In this document: positions 9,371-17,801 of the stretch, piece after piece | Numbering within the stretch: position 1 is the stretch's first letter | How the letters are laid out: the number at the start of each line of letters is the position of its first letter | Virus record (IMG/VR): IMGVR_UViG_3300049215_000034 | Coordinates: 1-42,596 of that record | Length of the DNA: 42,596 bases | DNA from: a virus | Reading direction: 5' to 3' (one strand) | The notes under the pieces: generated by a model | Seen by the model: only the letters and a program-made list of their open reading frames with translations | What the model was told of the DNA's origin: nothing | Database searches by the model: none | Program-made: the position numbers and the translations under genes

Positions 9371-11224
9371 CTAACCGAAAATTTGATTGCCATACGGCGT
9401 AAGTGTCGAGCCGGACCTGGCAGGATAGAGCAAGCTATTCAACCAACCAGGCCCGCCGGACCCATAACTACCGCCGCTGCTGAAAAGACCGTTGATGAGA
9501 CTGGAAAGGCCGTTCAGCCCACCGGTAATCAACGGATTAAGAGCGCCCGCCGCGTTCGCATTGGCGGCGTTGGTGTTGGTCTGTGCGCCCGACGCATTAT
9601 TGCCGGCGATCTGCGAACCGCCCAAGACCAGGCGCAGGTAGTCGCTGATCTGCGCCGCTGGTTGGTTAGTCAGGTTGCCGATAAGACCGGCGTTGCTCAG
9701 GTAGGCATTGAGGCTGGGCAGGCCGCTGAAGTTCTGCGCGGTCGTCATGTTATTGTTGTAGTTGCCGAGCGCGGCCCAATTGTCAGCGTTGTTCATCTGC
9801 ACGGCGCCGTAGGGGATGGCCCCAGCGTTGTACTCGCTCTGTACCGCGCGATCGAGCAGGTTGCTGCCGGTAGTGTAAGCGCCGCCGATCGCGGGAAGCG
9901 CGTTTGCGTACTGCCCGAGGTACTTCGCGAAATCGCCCGTCGTCGTGTCGTACGCCTGATACGGGATCTGTGTGCCGGCCAGGTTGAGCCCTTCGGCCGC
10001 ACCCAGCGCCTGCGCGCCCTTGCTCGACAAGTCAAACCGCGCGCCGGTCTGCTGGTTGAGCGTCGTCGCCGGAAGCCCGGCGCCGGTCGCGTAGTTGCCC
10101 GCGCCGGTTGCCGACAGATTCGCGCCGGTCGTAAGGCCGTTGCCGATGCTCTGGAGCCCGCTGCCGAACGCATTCACGCCCGCGGTCTGCCGCCCGAGCT
10201 GCCGATCGCCCCAGCCGAGATTGAAATTGGTAATGGCATCCGAAGCGATGCCCGCGCCAGCACCGGAATTGGTGAGGCCAGAGCGCGCAAGATACGCTGC
10301 GATCTGGTCCTGATTCTTCGTCGCCTCGCGGTTATAGAGCGCGGTCTGCGGATCGAACGCGGTGCTGAGAATGGAAGAAATCGCCGGAAGACCGCCGGCC
10401 GCCGTGTTGGCGTAGGTCTGTCCCTGCCCGAACGCGTTCGCGCCGCCCGCCTGCAACATATTGCCGCCAGTCTGCGCGCCGGTCAGTTGTTGCCCATAAA
10501 ACGGATTGTCGAGGTTCTGAATGCCGCCGGCCGTGTAGTCCCCCAGCCATGTACCGACGTTCTGGAACCGCTGCCCGGCATTTTGGGCGCCGCTGACCAT
10601 TGAGTTGGTGAAGGGGTTGCTGCCGGCGCGCGACATGAGGTTCTGGAACATGCCGTTGATGCTGCCGCCGGTATTCGCGAGCCCGCGGCCCCAGTCCTGC
10701 TGCTGTGTAGCATTGCGGTCCGACATAGTACCGGCGTTACGCGACGCATTGACAAGCGCATCAGTAAAAGGATTCGCGGTACTCTGGTTAAGCAGCGCCC
10801 CAGCCGCGCCCGTACTGGTGCGCAGCGCGTTTGAATTTATGCCCAGGATGTTGTTGAGCGCGGCGAGGTTGAGCGGTGTAGCCGTATTGGAGACACCTGT
10901 GCTGGTGCCAAGATTGCCCTGGAGCAAGCTGATCAGCGCCGGGTCGAGCGTCTCCGCGCCGGTCGGGATGTAGTTGTAGGTGCCGTAGCCGCCGGGTTCC
11001 GGCGTGTAGGAGCCAGGTTGTGTCTGTCCCGGGATGCGCTGCGCGGTCGCCATGCCCGAAAGATAGGGCGCCAACTGCGCAAGATTAAATCCCGTCGTGC
11101 CGCTACCGCCGCCACCATTAATAGCGCCGCCGAGCAGACTGCCGCCCACCGCGCCCCAGGGGCCTAGAAACGCGCCCCCGGCAATCGGAAGCACCGCACC
11201 AATAAGATCGCCAAACCAGCCCAT
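9371..11224 (-). CDS. Gly/Asn/Ala/Thr-rich virion protein with hydrophobic N-terminus (617 aa)
   Basis: N-terminus MGWFGDLIGAVLPIAGGAFLGPWGAVGGSLLGG is membrane-like. Internal repeats NPFTDALVNASRNAG / NPFTNSMVSGAQNAG / NPFYGQQLTGAQTGG. Almost no charged residues. Confidence 0.65.
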   Translation of the reverse strand: MGWFGDLIGAVLPIAGGAFLGPWGAVGGSLLGGAINGGGGSGTTGFNLAQLAPYLSGMATAQRIPGQTQPGSYTPEPGGYGTYNYIPTGAETLDPALISLLQGNLGTSTGVSNTATPLNLAALNNILGINSNALRTSTGAAGALLNQSTANPFTDALVNASRNAGTMSDRNATQQQDWGRGLANTGGSINGMFQNLMSRAGSNPFTNSMVSGAQNAGQRFQNVGTWLGDYTAGGIQNLDNPFYGQQLTGAQTGGNMLQAGGANAFGQGQTYANTAAGGLPAISSILSTAFDPQTALYNREATKNQDQIAAYLARSGLTNSGAGAGIASDAITNFNLGWGDRQLGRQTAGVNAFGSGLQSIGNGLTTGANLSATGAGNYATGAGLPATTLNQQTGARFDLSSKGAQALGAAEGLNLAGTQIPYQAYDTTTGDFAKYLGQYANALPAIGGAYTTGSNLLDRAVQSEYNAGAIPYGAVQMNNADNWAALGNYNNNMTTAQNFSGLPSLNAYLSNAGLIGNLTNQPAAQISDYLRLVLGGSQIAGNNASGAQTNTNAANANAAGALNPLITGGLNGLSSLINGLFSSGGSYGSGGPGWLNSLLYPARSGSTLTPYGNQIFG

Positions 11225-11279
11225 ATAGACCCCCGTTCCCGGCTAGAATAGCAGGAAACTAGCCGCCGCGCCAAGGCGC

Positions 11280-12062
11280 TTAAGGCCCGGTGAACACGTC
11301 GAATCTCGCCACGTAGCCGTCCGCGGCTCCGAACCACAGTGCGGCGTGCGGGTCGTGGGGGAAGGTCAGGGGATCGCTCCCAAGCTCATGGTCGTGAATC
11401 ACCGTACCGTCCAGGAGAATGACGAACCCCTGTCCGGGCGTGTAGTCGATCCTCAGTGTGTGCGGTCCCGGTGACACCGGAGAACTGATCGGCGTTGCCA
11501 GGGTGGGGCGGTAAATCCACACCTTCACCGGATCGCCTGGAGCCGTGCAGGATATGTACGCAGCGGCATATGTGCCCGTGGGGTCGCCGTCATCCACCCC
11601 ACCCCCGTAGATCACAGGACCCATGTAGGAGATACCGGAACAGTCGTTCGTGACGTTGACCACGGCCTCGACGGAGATAGGCTGGCTGCCGTCAAAGGTT
11701 CTGGCACTGACAAGCGCCATGCCGGGGTCGCCGGAATGGAAGCGTAAGATGCCATTCTCGGGCTGGAAGCACACATTGGGCTGCGGGTCGATGCAGCCGC
11801 TTCCGCCCCCATCGGCCTGCGGCAGAACGCCCCACACGGCATCGGGAGGCAGATCGCAGACGAACGGGGTGAGCAGCCCAGGTCCGCCACAGCGCAGTTC
11901 GATATGCAGCGGGGGCGTCCAGTCGGCGGCGAAGGCGAGCACACCGGGGCGGCTGATGGGCGCTGGCGGTGCCGTGTTCCCAGGCCCAGGCTGTACCCCC
12001 GGTGTTTGACCACCGGCACAGCCCGCCAGCAATAGCGCGAGCAGGATCAGTGCCCTTTGCAC
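11280..12062 (-). CDS. Secreted lipoprotein with Cys-rich beta domain (260 aa)
   Basis: GTG start. Signal peptide plus lipobox MQRALILLALLLAGC, Pro-rich linker, six further Cys. Overlaps the o-spanin 3' end by 16 nt. Confidence 0.7.
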   Translation of the reverse strand: MQRALILLALLLAGCAGGQTPGVQPGPGNTAPPAPISRPGVLAFAADWTPPLHIELRCGGPGLLTPFVCDLPPDAVWGVLPQADGGGSGCIDPQPNVCFQPENGILRFHSGDPGMALVSARTFDGSQPISVEAVVNVTNDCSGISYMGPVIYGGGVDDGDPTGTYAAAYISCTAPGDPVKVWIYRPTLATPISSPVSPGPHTLRIDYTPGQGFVILLDGTVIHDHELGSDPLTFPHDPHAALWFGAADGYVARFDVFTGP

Positions 12063-12289
12063 GCACGCACCGCATCACGAAGCTGAATGCTGTCGCGCAC
12101 GAACCGGCGCGTCGTCGGGCCGCTGGCGAATACCTCGGCGTCCAATTTCGTCTTGAACGCGTTGTCGTACTCGACCAGGGTGAGCGCGCTACAGTTTCCG
12201 ATCGGGGTCGAGCAGGCGCTTATGCAGCTCGTCATCATCGCGAGGGCTGCCAGCCACAGCATCGGCAATTTTGGACGCTGTTTTGGCAT
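12047..12289 (-). CDS. Outer-membrane spanin (Rz1-like lipoprotein) candidate
   Basis: 80-aa ORF. Signal plus lipobox LAALAMMTSCISAC. Its start lies inside the 3' part of the i-spanin candidate in another frame (101-nt overlap), the classic overlapped spanin layout. Confidence 0.6.
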   Translation of the reverse strand: MPKQRPKLPMLWLAALAMMTSCISACSTPIGNCSALTLVEYDNAFKTKLDAEVFASGPTTRRFVRDSIQLRDAVRACKGH

Positions 12290-12404
12290 TCTCTTCCCCC
12301 TGCTTCGCCTTCAGCCGGTTCTCGCCGCTGCGGCTCGCGAACCACAACACGCCGCCCAGCACGCCAGCGACTATCGCCGCGCCGATAACGTCAGTCAGAC
12401 CCAT
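12189..12404 (-). CDS. Inner-membrane spanin (Rz-like) candidate
   Basis: 71 aa from ATG 12404. N-terminal TM helix VIGAAIVAGVLGGVLWF, then a charged helical periplasmic part. The track ORF start at 12527 is an Arg/Ser/Pro-rich extension. Confidence 0.55.
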   Translation of the reverse strand: MGLTDVIGAAIVAGVLGGVLWFASRSGENRLKAKQGEENAKTASKIADAVAGSPRDDDELHKRLLDPDRKL

Positions 12405-12567
12405 GCGACTTCTGCCCGGCGAGGATGGCGCCCGCGAGCGCGGCGAGGCCGGTAGAAATCTGGCCGGCGACTTCCGGCGCGATCTTCCATGACAGCAGCG
12501 AGCCGAGAAGCGCGATAAGTCCGACATAGGTTGACGGCTCTTTCAGCCGGTCAAGCAGATACTGCAT
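12391..12567 (-). CDS. Small two-TM protein, holin/pinholin candidate
   Basis: 58 aa from ATG 12567, with a GGGGG Shine-Dalgarno 6 nt upstream. Two hydrophobic helices (YVGLIALLGSLLSW, GLAALAGAILAG). Sits between endolysin and spanins. Confidence 0.5.
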   Translation of the reverse strand: MQYLLDRLKEPSTYVGLIALLGSLLSWKIAPEVAGQISTGLAALAGAILAGQKSHGSD

Positions 12568-12898
12568 TTGAACCCCCTGCGGTTTCGTAGCTGAACTTCG
12601 GCTTAAACTGAACGTGAATGTGATCGACTTCAATCTGCGCGAAATAGTCCGGCGTCAGGCGCTTCTGGATCATGCCGAGCGCCACCGGCACCTTGTCCAT
12701 CGGCAGGCTGTTCGTGCGCAGATCCACCGCGTTCCCGCTGTAATGATACGACCCATCGACGTGCTTGCCGTCGATTCCGGCCGTCACCACCAGATCGAAC
12801 CCCAGTTCGCGATACACACCTTCGGCCACGATGATGGCAAGCACGATCGCGCTCGACAGCCCAAATACGCGCACGTCCTGCTTTAGATGAAGGCTCAT
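12551..12898 (-). CDS. Endolysin, peptidase M15 (zinc D-Ala-D-Ala / L-Ala-D-Glu peptidase) family
   Basis: 115 aa. Zinc-ligand pattern SYHYSGNAVDL (H-x-x-G-x-A-x-D) and DHIHV. ATGA overlap with the upstream TM-protein gene. Confidence 0.8.
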   Translation of the reverse strand: MSLHLKQDVRVFGLSSAIVLAIIVAEGVYRELGFDLVVTAGIDGKHVDGSYHYSGNAVDLRTNSLPMDKVPVALGMIQKRLTPDYFAQIEVDHIHVQFKPKFSYETAGGSNAVSA

Positions 12899-13170
12899 TT
12901 TAATGTACGCAGTCCATCAAGAACGCCGCTCCACATGGCCCGAACGAGCCAGACAAACGCGGCGGAAAACACCAATATCCAACCGGCAAGTTTTGTTTTC
13001 TCGATGCCGAGCCGCCACGAACGCACGTAAGCGTGATCTTTAACGATAGCCGCTCTTGATTCCGGGGTCGATACGTCATACCCAATAGTCTCAAGCTGCT
13101 TGGCAAACTCTTCGCCTATCCGCTCAAAGTCGTGTTCGGTCAACACCCCTGCGCGGCGTTCTGTAGTCAT
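12895..13170 (-). CDS. Single-TM protein, holin/antiholin candidate
   Basis: 91 aa. Soluble N-terminal half, then TM helix LAGWILVFSAAFVWLV. Immediately upstream of, and overlapping, the endolysin start. Confidence 0.5.
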   Translation of the reverse strand: MTTERRAGVLTEHDFERIGEEFAKQLETIGYDVSTPESRAAIVKDHAYVRSWRLGIEKTKLAGWILVFSAAFVWLVRAMWSGVLDGLRTLK

Positions 13171-13184
13171 TTGAACGCAACTCC

Positions 13185-13352
13185 CTACACAGGACAGTCA
13201 GACTTTTCCACCTTAGCGACACGCTTCTTGCGCGCCTTTCCGGCTTTGGAAAGGGCAATCGCGACAGCCTGCTTTTGCGGCTTCCCCGCCTGAATCTCAG
13301 CGCGGATATTGTCGCTAATGACCTTCCTGGATTTGCCGGGTTTAAGCGGCAT
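13185..13352 (-). CDS. Small basic protein (55 aa), paralogous tail to the 13355-13540 product
   Basis: ORF below the track's length cutoff: [55 protein letters not shown]. Its start lies 3 nt after the upstream stop. The C-terminus matches its neighbour's. Confidence 0.5.
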   Translation of the reverse strand: MPLKPGKSRKVISDNIRAEIQAGKPQKQAVAIALSKAGKARKKRVAKVEKSDCPV

Positions 13353-13354
13353 GG

Positions 13355-13540
13355 CTAGACCGAGAAGTCGGCCTTTTCCATCTTGGCGATGCGCTTGGTA
13401 CGCGGAGTGACCGTGCCCATGCCCTTGGGAGCCTTGTTCTGCGGCAGCAGCGCGGAAACCTGCTTTTTGGACGACTTACGCGCGCCGTCCATGCCGCCCA
13501 TCTTCTTTTTCATGCCGACGCCCGGCGCTGACTTTTTCAT
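13355..13540 (-). CDS. Small highly basic protein (61 aa)
   Basis: Lys/Gly/Met-rich sequence ending ...[13 protein letters not shown]. Lies in the late arm. Confidence 0.55.
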   Translation of the reverse strand: MKKSAPGVGMKKKMGGMDGARKSSKKQVSALLPQNKAPKGMGTVTPRTKRIAKMEKADFSV

Positions 13541-13549
13541 ATCGCCCTC

Positions 13550-13867
13550 TCAGGTGTTGATGGGAGTGAACACGACCGTCACGTTGGCCGCGCCGATGCC
13601 GATAGCCGAGGCGTTGGTGCAGCCCTGCGGCAGCGATTCCGTCAGAACCGTTGCAGGCGGAATAGTGCGCATTGACGTTGTGGCGGTCGTAACTGATGGC
13701 GCTCCGATAGGAGAAAACACGAAGGCAGCCGAACCGGTCGTGCTCAAATTCGCAATCTCGACCGATCCCATCGTGCCGATCTGCACGCTGGTCAGCGTAC
13801 CGACGCCGGTTGTCGTAGTAAGCGAAACCGAGGCGCCGGTACGGACGACTGCCGAAACATGCTCCAT
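13550..13867 (-). CDS. Hypothetical beta-rich virion-associated protein (105 aa)
   Basis: Ser/Thr/Gly/Val-rich ORF directly downstream of the fibre-like gene. Confidence 0.5.
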   Translation of the reverse strand: MEHVSAVVRTGASVSLTTTTGVGTLTSVQIGTMGSVEIANLSTTGSAAFVFSPIGAPSVTTATTSMRTIPPATVLTESLPQGCTNASAIGIGAANVTVVFTPINT

Positions 13868-13870
13868 CGC

Positions 13871-15031
13871 TTAGAGTTCCGCCGACAGCTTGATAGCCGA
13901 GCCGCCGCCAGTGCCCTGGAGGGTCGTGGCGTGACCGGCAGTGAGCACCGCGGACCCGATCGTGGCGAGGAAGCTCACGGCGTTCGCCGTGGACAGGCCC
14001 GCGGTCGTGTTGATCGTGCCGGTGATCGTACCGCTGATTGTGCCGCCTGCCTGGGTCAACACCAGACCGCCCGCAGCCGCCGGGAAAGTGGCGGTCGGCG
14101 CGGTACGGAACGGAACGAAAATGGGCAGGTTGATGACCGCCTGGGTCGTGCTGAACGCCTTACCCATCGCGACGACGCCCAGCGACGCCGGTTCGTTGAA
14201 CTGCTGGTAGAAGCGCTGGCACAGCACCGTTTCGATCGACGCCTGGCGCCGTTCAAACGGGGACGGCTGCACTCCGCCGTTTGGCATTACTTCGAGCTGC
14301 ACGCCTGCGAGCTGGAACCAGTCGTCAGCCCCCGCGGTGCCCACGGGCGTCATGGTGAATTTGACGCCAAGCTCCAGCGCAGCGGCCGGAATGACGCAAG
14401 CGACGCTGTAGCGCGCCCAGGAGGTTGTGAGCGTGACGCCGGTAACGGTTGTGCCGGCGGAGCCAGTCAGGGTCGCGGCGGCGTAGCCGGCCCATGATGC
14501 GGCGAACAGGCCGGCCGCACCTTGATCCGCGGTCGTGCCGGTCGCAATGGTGACGCCGAGCACGCTCGACGCGGCGGAATAGTTAGCGCCGGCCTTCGCC
14601 CAGAAGGAGAAGACGCAGGGCTGACCCTGGAACTGGTAAGTATCATTGGCCGTGAGCACCTGGGCCAATTCAATGGCAGTGGTGTCGGCGTTCGCCGCGG
14701 TGCGCTGGAACTGGAGTGCGGCGCCGAAGTCAATCGGCAGGCCGGCGGCGGTCGTGTACTTGGAGACTGCGATCGAGCTGGAGGCCCCGCCCAGGGCGCA
14801 CCAGCGATCCGCAGTGTAGGTCAGGGTATTGGCGATGGCTGCGAACGATGTCGCGCGCTGCCAGGGATTGGTCGTGAAATCGCCGCCAATGATGGCATTG
14901 CGGAAGCTGGTGGGCGACGAAGCGAGCTGAAGCGTGTTCTCGTTGATGTCCTGAATGACGCCGTTGATCGTGCCGATGATCTGCGAGGCTTCGGCGTTGG
15001 ACGCCGTGGACGAAAGAAGTGCGACAGCCAT
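13871..15031 (-). CDS. Tail fibre / receptor-binding protein candidate
   Basis: 386 aa. N-terminal fibre-like helix (ASQIIGTINGVIQDINEN), then NAIIGGDFTTNPWQRATSF, a motif I associate with jelly-roll fibre tips. Ala/Thr/Gly-rich beta body. Confidence 0.6.
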   Translation of the reverse strand: MAVALLSSTASNAEASQIIGTINGVIQDINENTLQLASSPTSFRNAIIGGDFTTNPWQRATSFAAIANTLTYTADRWCALGGASSSIAVSKYTTAAGLPIDFGAALQFQRTAANADTTAIELAQVLTANDTYQFQGQPCVFSFWAKAGANYSAASSVLGVTIATGTTADQGAAGLFAASWAGYAAATLTGSAGTTVTGVTLTTSWARYSVACVIPAAALELGVKFTMTPVGTAGADDWFQLAGVQLEVMPNGGVQPSPFERRQASIETVLCQRFYQQFNEPASLGVVAMGKAFSTTQAVINLPIFVPFRTAPTATFPAAAGGLVLTQAGGTISGTITGTINTTAGLSTANAVSFLATIGSAVLTAGHATTLQGTGGGSAIKLSAEL

Positions 15032-15088
15032 GATTGACCCCCATTAGCAGGCGTTAAAGCCTAATGTGTATACCTATAGTAGCAGACC

Positions 15089-15544
15089 TTAAACTGTCGG
15101 CCAAGCCGCCAAAATGTCGCTTTTCTGCTGCGCCGTAACGATGCTCTTGGCCTGCAAAAGCGTTAAAATCGCGGTCATTTCGTCTTTCGTCAGCGTCGCC
15201 TGGCTCTTGAACAGCTCATAGGCGCCGATCACCGCATTGTCCGCGCTGTCCCGGCAAGCTTTTATGATGCCGCCCAGCGTCGCATTGCCACCCACCGCTG
15301 CCGCGGCGAATGTCGCAAACTCCAGCTTGCGCACTTCCTTGTAGGTCGGAAGCAAAGGCGCGGCGGGGTTTATCCAGCCGCCGCTGCCGTCCGAAGCCGC
15401 ACCGTGCTGCACCGAAGCCGCCACGGCCTGGACCTGCCAGCCGGACGTATTGATGCGCGGGAACAGAGCAAGATACCCCGCGGCGTCCGCCGCAGGCTGG
15501 GGCTCCAACGCCTTCCCCGATTCAACATGCGCAAAAACCGGCAT
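15089..15544 (-). CDS. Hypothetical protein (151 aa), possible fibre accessory
   Basis: ORF between the Gly-rich and fibre-like genes. No catalytic motif. Confidence 0.5.
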   Translation of the reverse strand: MPVFAHVESGKALEPQPAADAAGYLALFPRINTSGWQVQAVAASVQHGAASDGSGGWINPAAPLLPTYKEVRKLEFATFAAAAVGGNATLGGIIKACRDSADNAVIGAYELFKSQATLTKDEMTAILTLLQAKSIVTAQQKSDILAAWPTV

Positions 15545-15547
15545 AAA

Positions 15548-16669
15548 TCACCCGTAGAATGTCACGAAGCCATAACCGTTACCGCCCGCGCCGCCGGTCC
15601 CCGCAGCCCCTACCCCGCCCCCACCGCCGCCGCCTAGGCCGCCGGCACCCGGAGTACTGGTGCCGCCGCCGCCGATGTTAGCGGCACCACCCCCGCCGCC
15701 GAATGCCCCGCCGCGTCCCCCAGTAAAGCCGCCGCCGCCTGTCATAGCGCAACCGCCACCACCCCCACCTAAACCCCCTGCGCCGGCAGTTCCCGCTCCC
15801 GCCAACGCACCGCCACCCCCACCGGGCTCGCCATCCTGTGTCGCGCCACCGCCCGCGCCCGTGGCGTTAATCGCCACGTCGATCAACGGCTGGGAACCAA
15901 TGACCATCGAAGATGCGACGGTTACGATATAAGTCGTCGCGCCGATGATAGCGCGGCTTGAACCGATACCCGCCCCGCTCGTCGTAGCGTTCGCAGCCGC
16001 CGCCGCAGCAGCGCCGCCGCCGCCAGTCTGGTTGCTTACGCCGGCAGAAGAAGCACCGCCGGCAAAATTCACACCGCCGCCGCCCGTTGCGGCGCTCGTA
16101 GTGCCGCCAGAAATAGCCCCGCCCGCGGCGAACAGGCCGCCACCGCCAGATGCGCCGATGATACCCGCCACCGCGCCGCCAGCGCCGCCGACACCCAGAG
16201 GCGAACCCGCAGCCCCACCGCCTGACGCGCCGCCGTTGACCGAGACATCCCCCGCGGCGCCGCCGCTGAAATTGACCTGGCCGCCTGAAGCAGTGCCGCC
16301 CGTCGCCCCGGTGATGGCACCCGCCCCCTTCGTGCCGCCCGTGCCCCCAATAGCCGAAAGGCTAATGCCGCTCACGCTGGTCGTCAGGGTTGACGTGCCG
16401 CCGGTAGTGCCGTTCGCGTTCGTGCCGCCGGGACCGCTCGCGCCAATCGTGAAAACGAAATTCTCGCCAGGCGAACACGGCCGCTTGGTTTCAGAATAGC
16501 CACCACCACCGCCGCCAGATGCGCGGTCGTTCGCGGTAGTGGACTGCGCACCGCCGCCGCCCGCTCCCATGACGCCCGCACGCGCGGAACGCGCCCATGT
16601 CGGCGCGACGATGGTTTTAGACGCATAGACGTTGATCGTCAGTGAGCGAGAGCTGGCAATAGCGACCAT
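15548..16669 (-). CDS. Glycine-rich repeat protein, beta-helix-like tail fibre/spike component
   Basis: 373 aa from ATG 16669 (TAATG overlap with the upstream stop; the track uses TTG 16678). More than one third Gly, in GGxGG / GGAGG runs throughout. Confidence 0.65.
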   Translation of the reverse strand: MVAIASSRSLTINVYASKTIVAPTWARSARAGVMGAGGGGAQSTTANDRASGGGGGGYSETKRPCSPGENFVFTIGASGPGGTNANGTTGGTSTLTTSVSGISLSAIGGTGGTKGAGAITGATGGTASGGQVNFSGGAAGDVSVNGGASGGGAAGSPLGVGGAGGAVAGIIGASGGGGLFAAGGAISGGTTSAATGGGGVNFAGGASSAGVSNQTGGGGAAAAAAANATTSGAGIGSSRAIIGATTYIVTVASSMVIGSQPLIDVAINATGAGGGATQDGEPGGGGGALAGAGTAGAGGLGGGGGGCAMTGGGGFTGGRGGAFGGGGGAANIGGGGTSTPGAGGLGGGGGGGVGAAGTGGAGGNGYGFVTFYG

Positions 16670-17079
16670 TATTCCCAATCCCCCAACGTAGCGTCATAGG
16701 TAATTTCAAACGTGTCGCCGCCATTCACAAACAGCGTGCTGGTGCTGTTGTTGATTTTCAGCCCATTGGGGTTGATCCCATACAGCGCGAGCGGCACGAA
16801 CAGCGACAATTTGATCTTGTCGCCCTGCGCGGCAGAAGACGGCAGATTAAAAGTGCAACCGCTGCACACTTCATACTGCGTGTTGACCGCGGCGGTAAAA
16901 GGCGCGGTCTGCCGACCGCCATTAAGATACGCGCCCGTCGTCACCGAAATCGTAACTTGCGACGGCGTAGTCGCGACACTGATCGGCGCCGTGCCGGCAA
17001 TCGTCGGCGGGTAATCACGTTCCGGCAGACCCGGTACGTGCATCCCCGCTGGAGTAATCTGGTTGACGAGCCGGGTCAT
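16669..17079 (-). CDS. Hypothetical tail-associated beta protein (136 aa)
   Basis: ORF tightly coupled to both neighbours. Thr/Pro/Gly/Asn-rich. Confidence 0.55.
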   Translation of the reverse strand: MTRLVNQITPAGMHVPGLPERDYPPTIAGTAPISVATTPSQVTISVTTGAYLNGGRQTAPFTAAVNTQYEVCSGCTFNLPSSAAQGDKIKLSLFVPLALYGINPNGLKINNSTSTLFVNGGDTFEITYDATLGDWE

Positions 17080-17793
17080 TTAGAAGTCCGCAATCTGCGC
17101 AGTCGTCACGATGCCGCCGGCCAGGGTCACGCCTTGCGCGACATAAAGCCGGTCAGTGATAATCAGGCGGAAATTAGAGCCGTCGTACCACACGCGGTAA
17201 CGGAACCCTGCGGTGATGTCGCCCGCCGATAACGCCGCGCCTGAAATATCGCGTACCACGGAAGTCGCGGCAGTGGTGCCGAACTGAAGCGTCGTGCCTG
17301 CGGTATTCGTCAGTCCCGCCTCGAAATCGAAGACGCTGTATTGCGTCAGCGCCGACACGTTTGCGAACGGCAGCGTCTGCGCATTTGCGGACCCGCCGGA
17401 CGTACCGGCATCGGTCGTCGTATCGTCGAAATCGGTCATCCCCGTCAGGGGAATCGGATTGGTTTCGCTGAGCGTGGTGCCGTCCATATTGTTGAAATTG
17501 GTCGGCGTGCAGGCTGTGGTTTGCAGCATCGTGTAGGCGGCCATCAGCGCCGTCGTGAAAAACTGAAAGGTCGTGCCGCCGTCTTTGGAACGGTAAAGCT
17601 GCATCTGCGTCGCCGTCACGGTCGCGCGCGGGATCGACGAGATGCGCGTCACCAGGGAACCGTCAGGTCCGGCGACGGCCAGGAGTGCGGTGTTTGTCAC
17701 GGCGCCGCTATAAGTGCTGTTCGCGGTCGTCGTCACCGCGTCATAGCAACGGCGATACTGCGCAAACGCGGCAGTAGCAGTGATGAAGCTCAT
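17080..17793 (-). CDS. Hypothetical tail-associated protein (237 aa)
   Basis: Thr/Ala/Ser-rich beta ORF in the tail gene block. Confidence 0.55.
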   Translation of the reverse strand: MSFITATAAFAQYRRCYDAVTTTANSTYSGAVTNTALLAVAGPDGSLVTRISSIPRATVTATQMQLYRSKDGGTTFQFFTTALMAAYTMLQTTACTPTNFNNMDGTTLSETNPIPLTGMTDFDDTTTDAGTSGGSANAQTLPFANVSALTQYSVFDFEAGLTNTAGTTLQFGTTAATSVVRDISGAALSAGDITAGFRYRVWYDGSNFRLIITDRLYVAQGVTLAGGIVTTAQIADF

Positions 17794-17801
17794 GAAACCC
17801 C

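Noticed and set aside
9197-10603. 468-aa plus-strand ORF opposite the 617-aa Gly/Asn-rich gene
   Set aside because: Antisense shadow ORF with Arg/Ala/Leu-rich composition. The minus-strand gene is embedded in a coupled operon and has a coherent repeat structure.
15660-16499. Pro-rich plus-strand ORFs (90 and 184 aa)
   Set aside because: GGN glycine codons read backwards give CCN proline codons. These are shadows of the glycine-rich gene.
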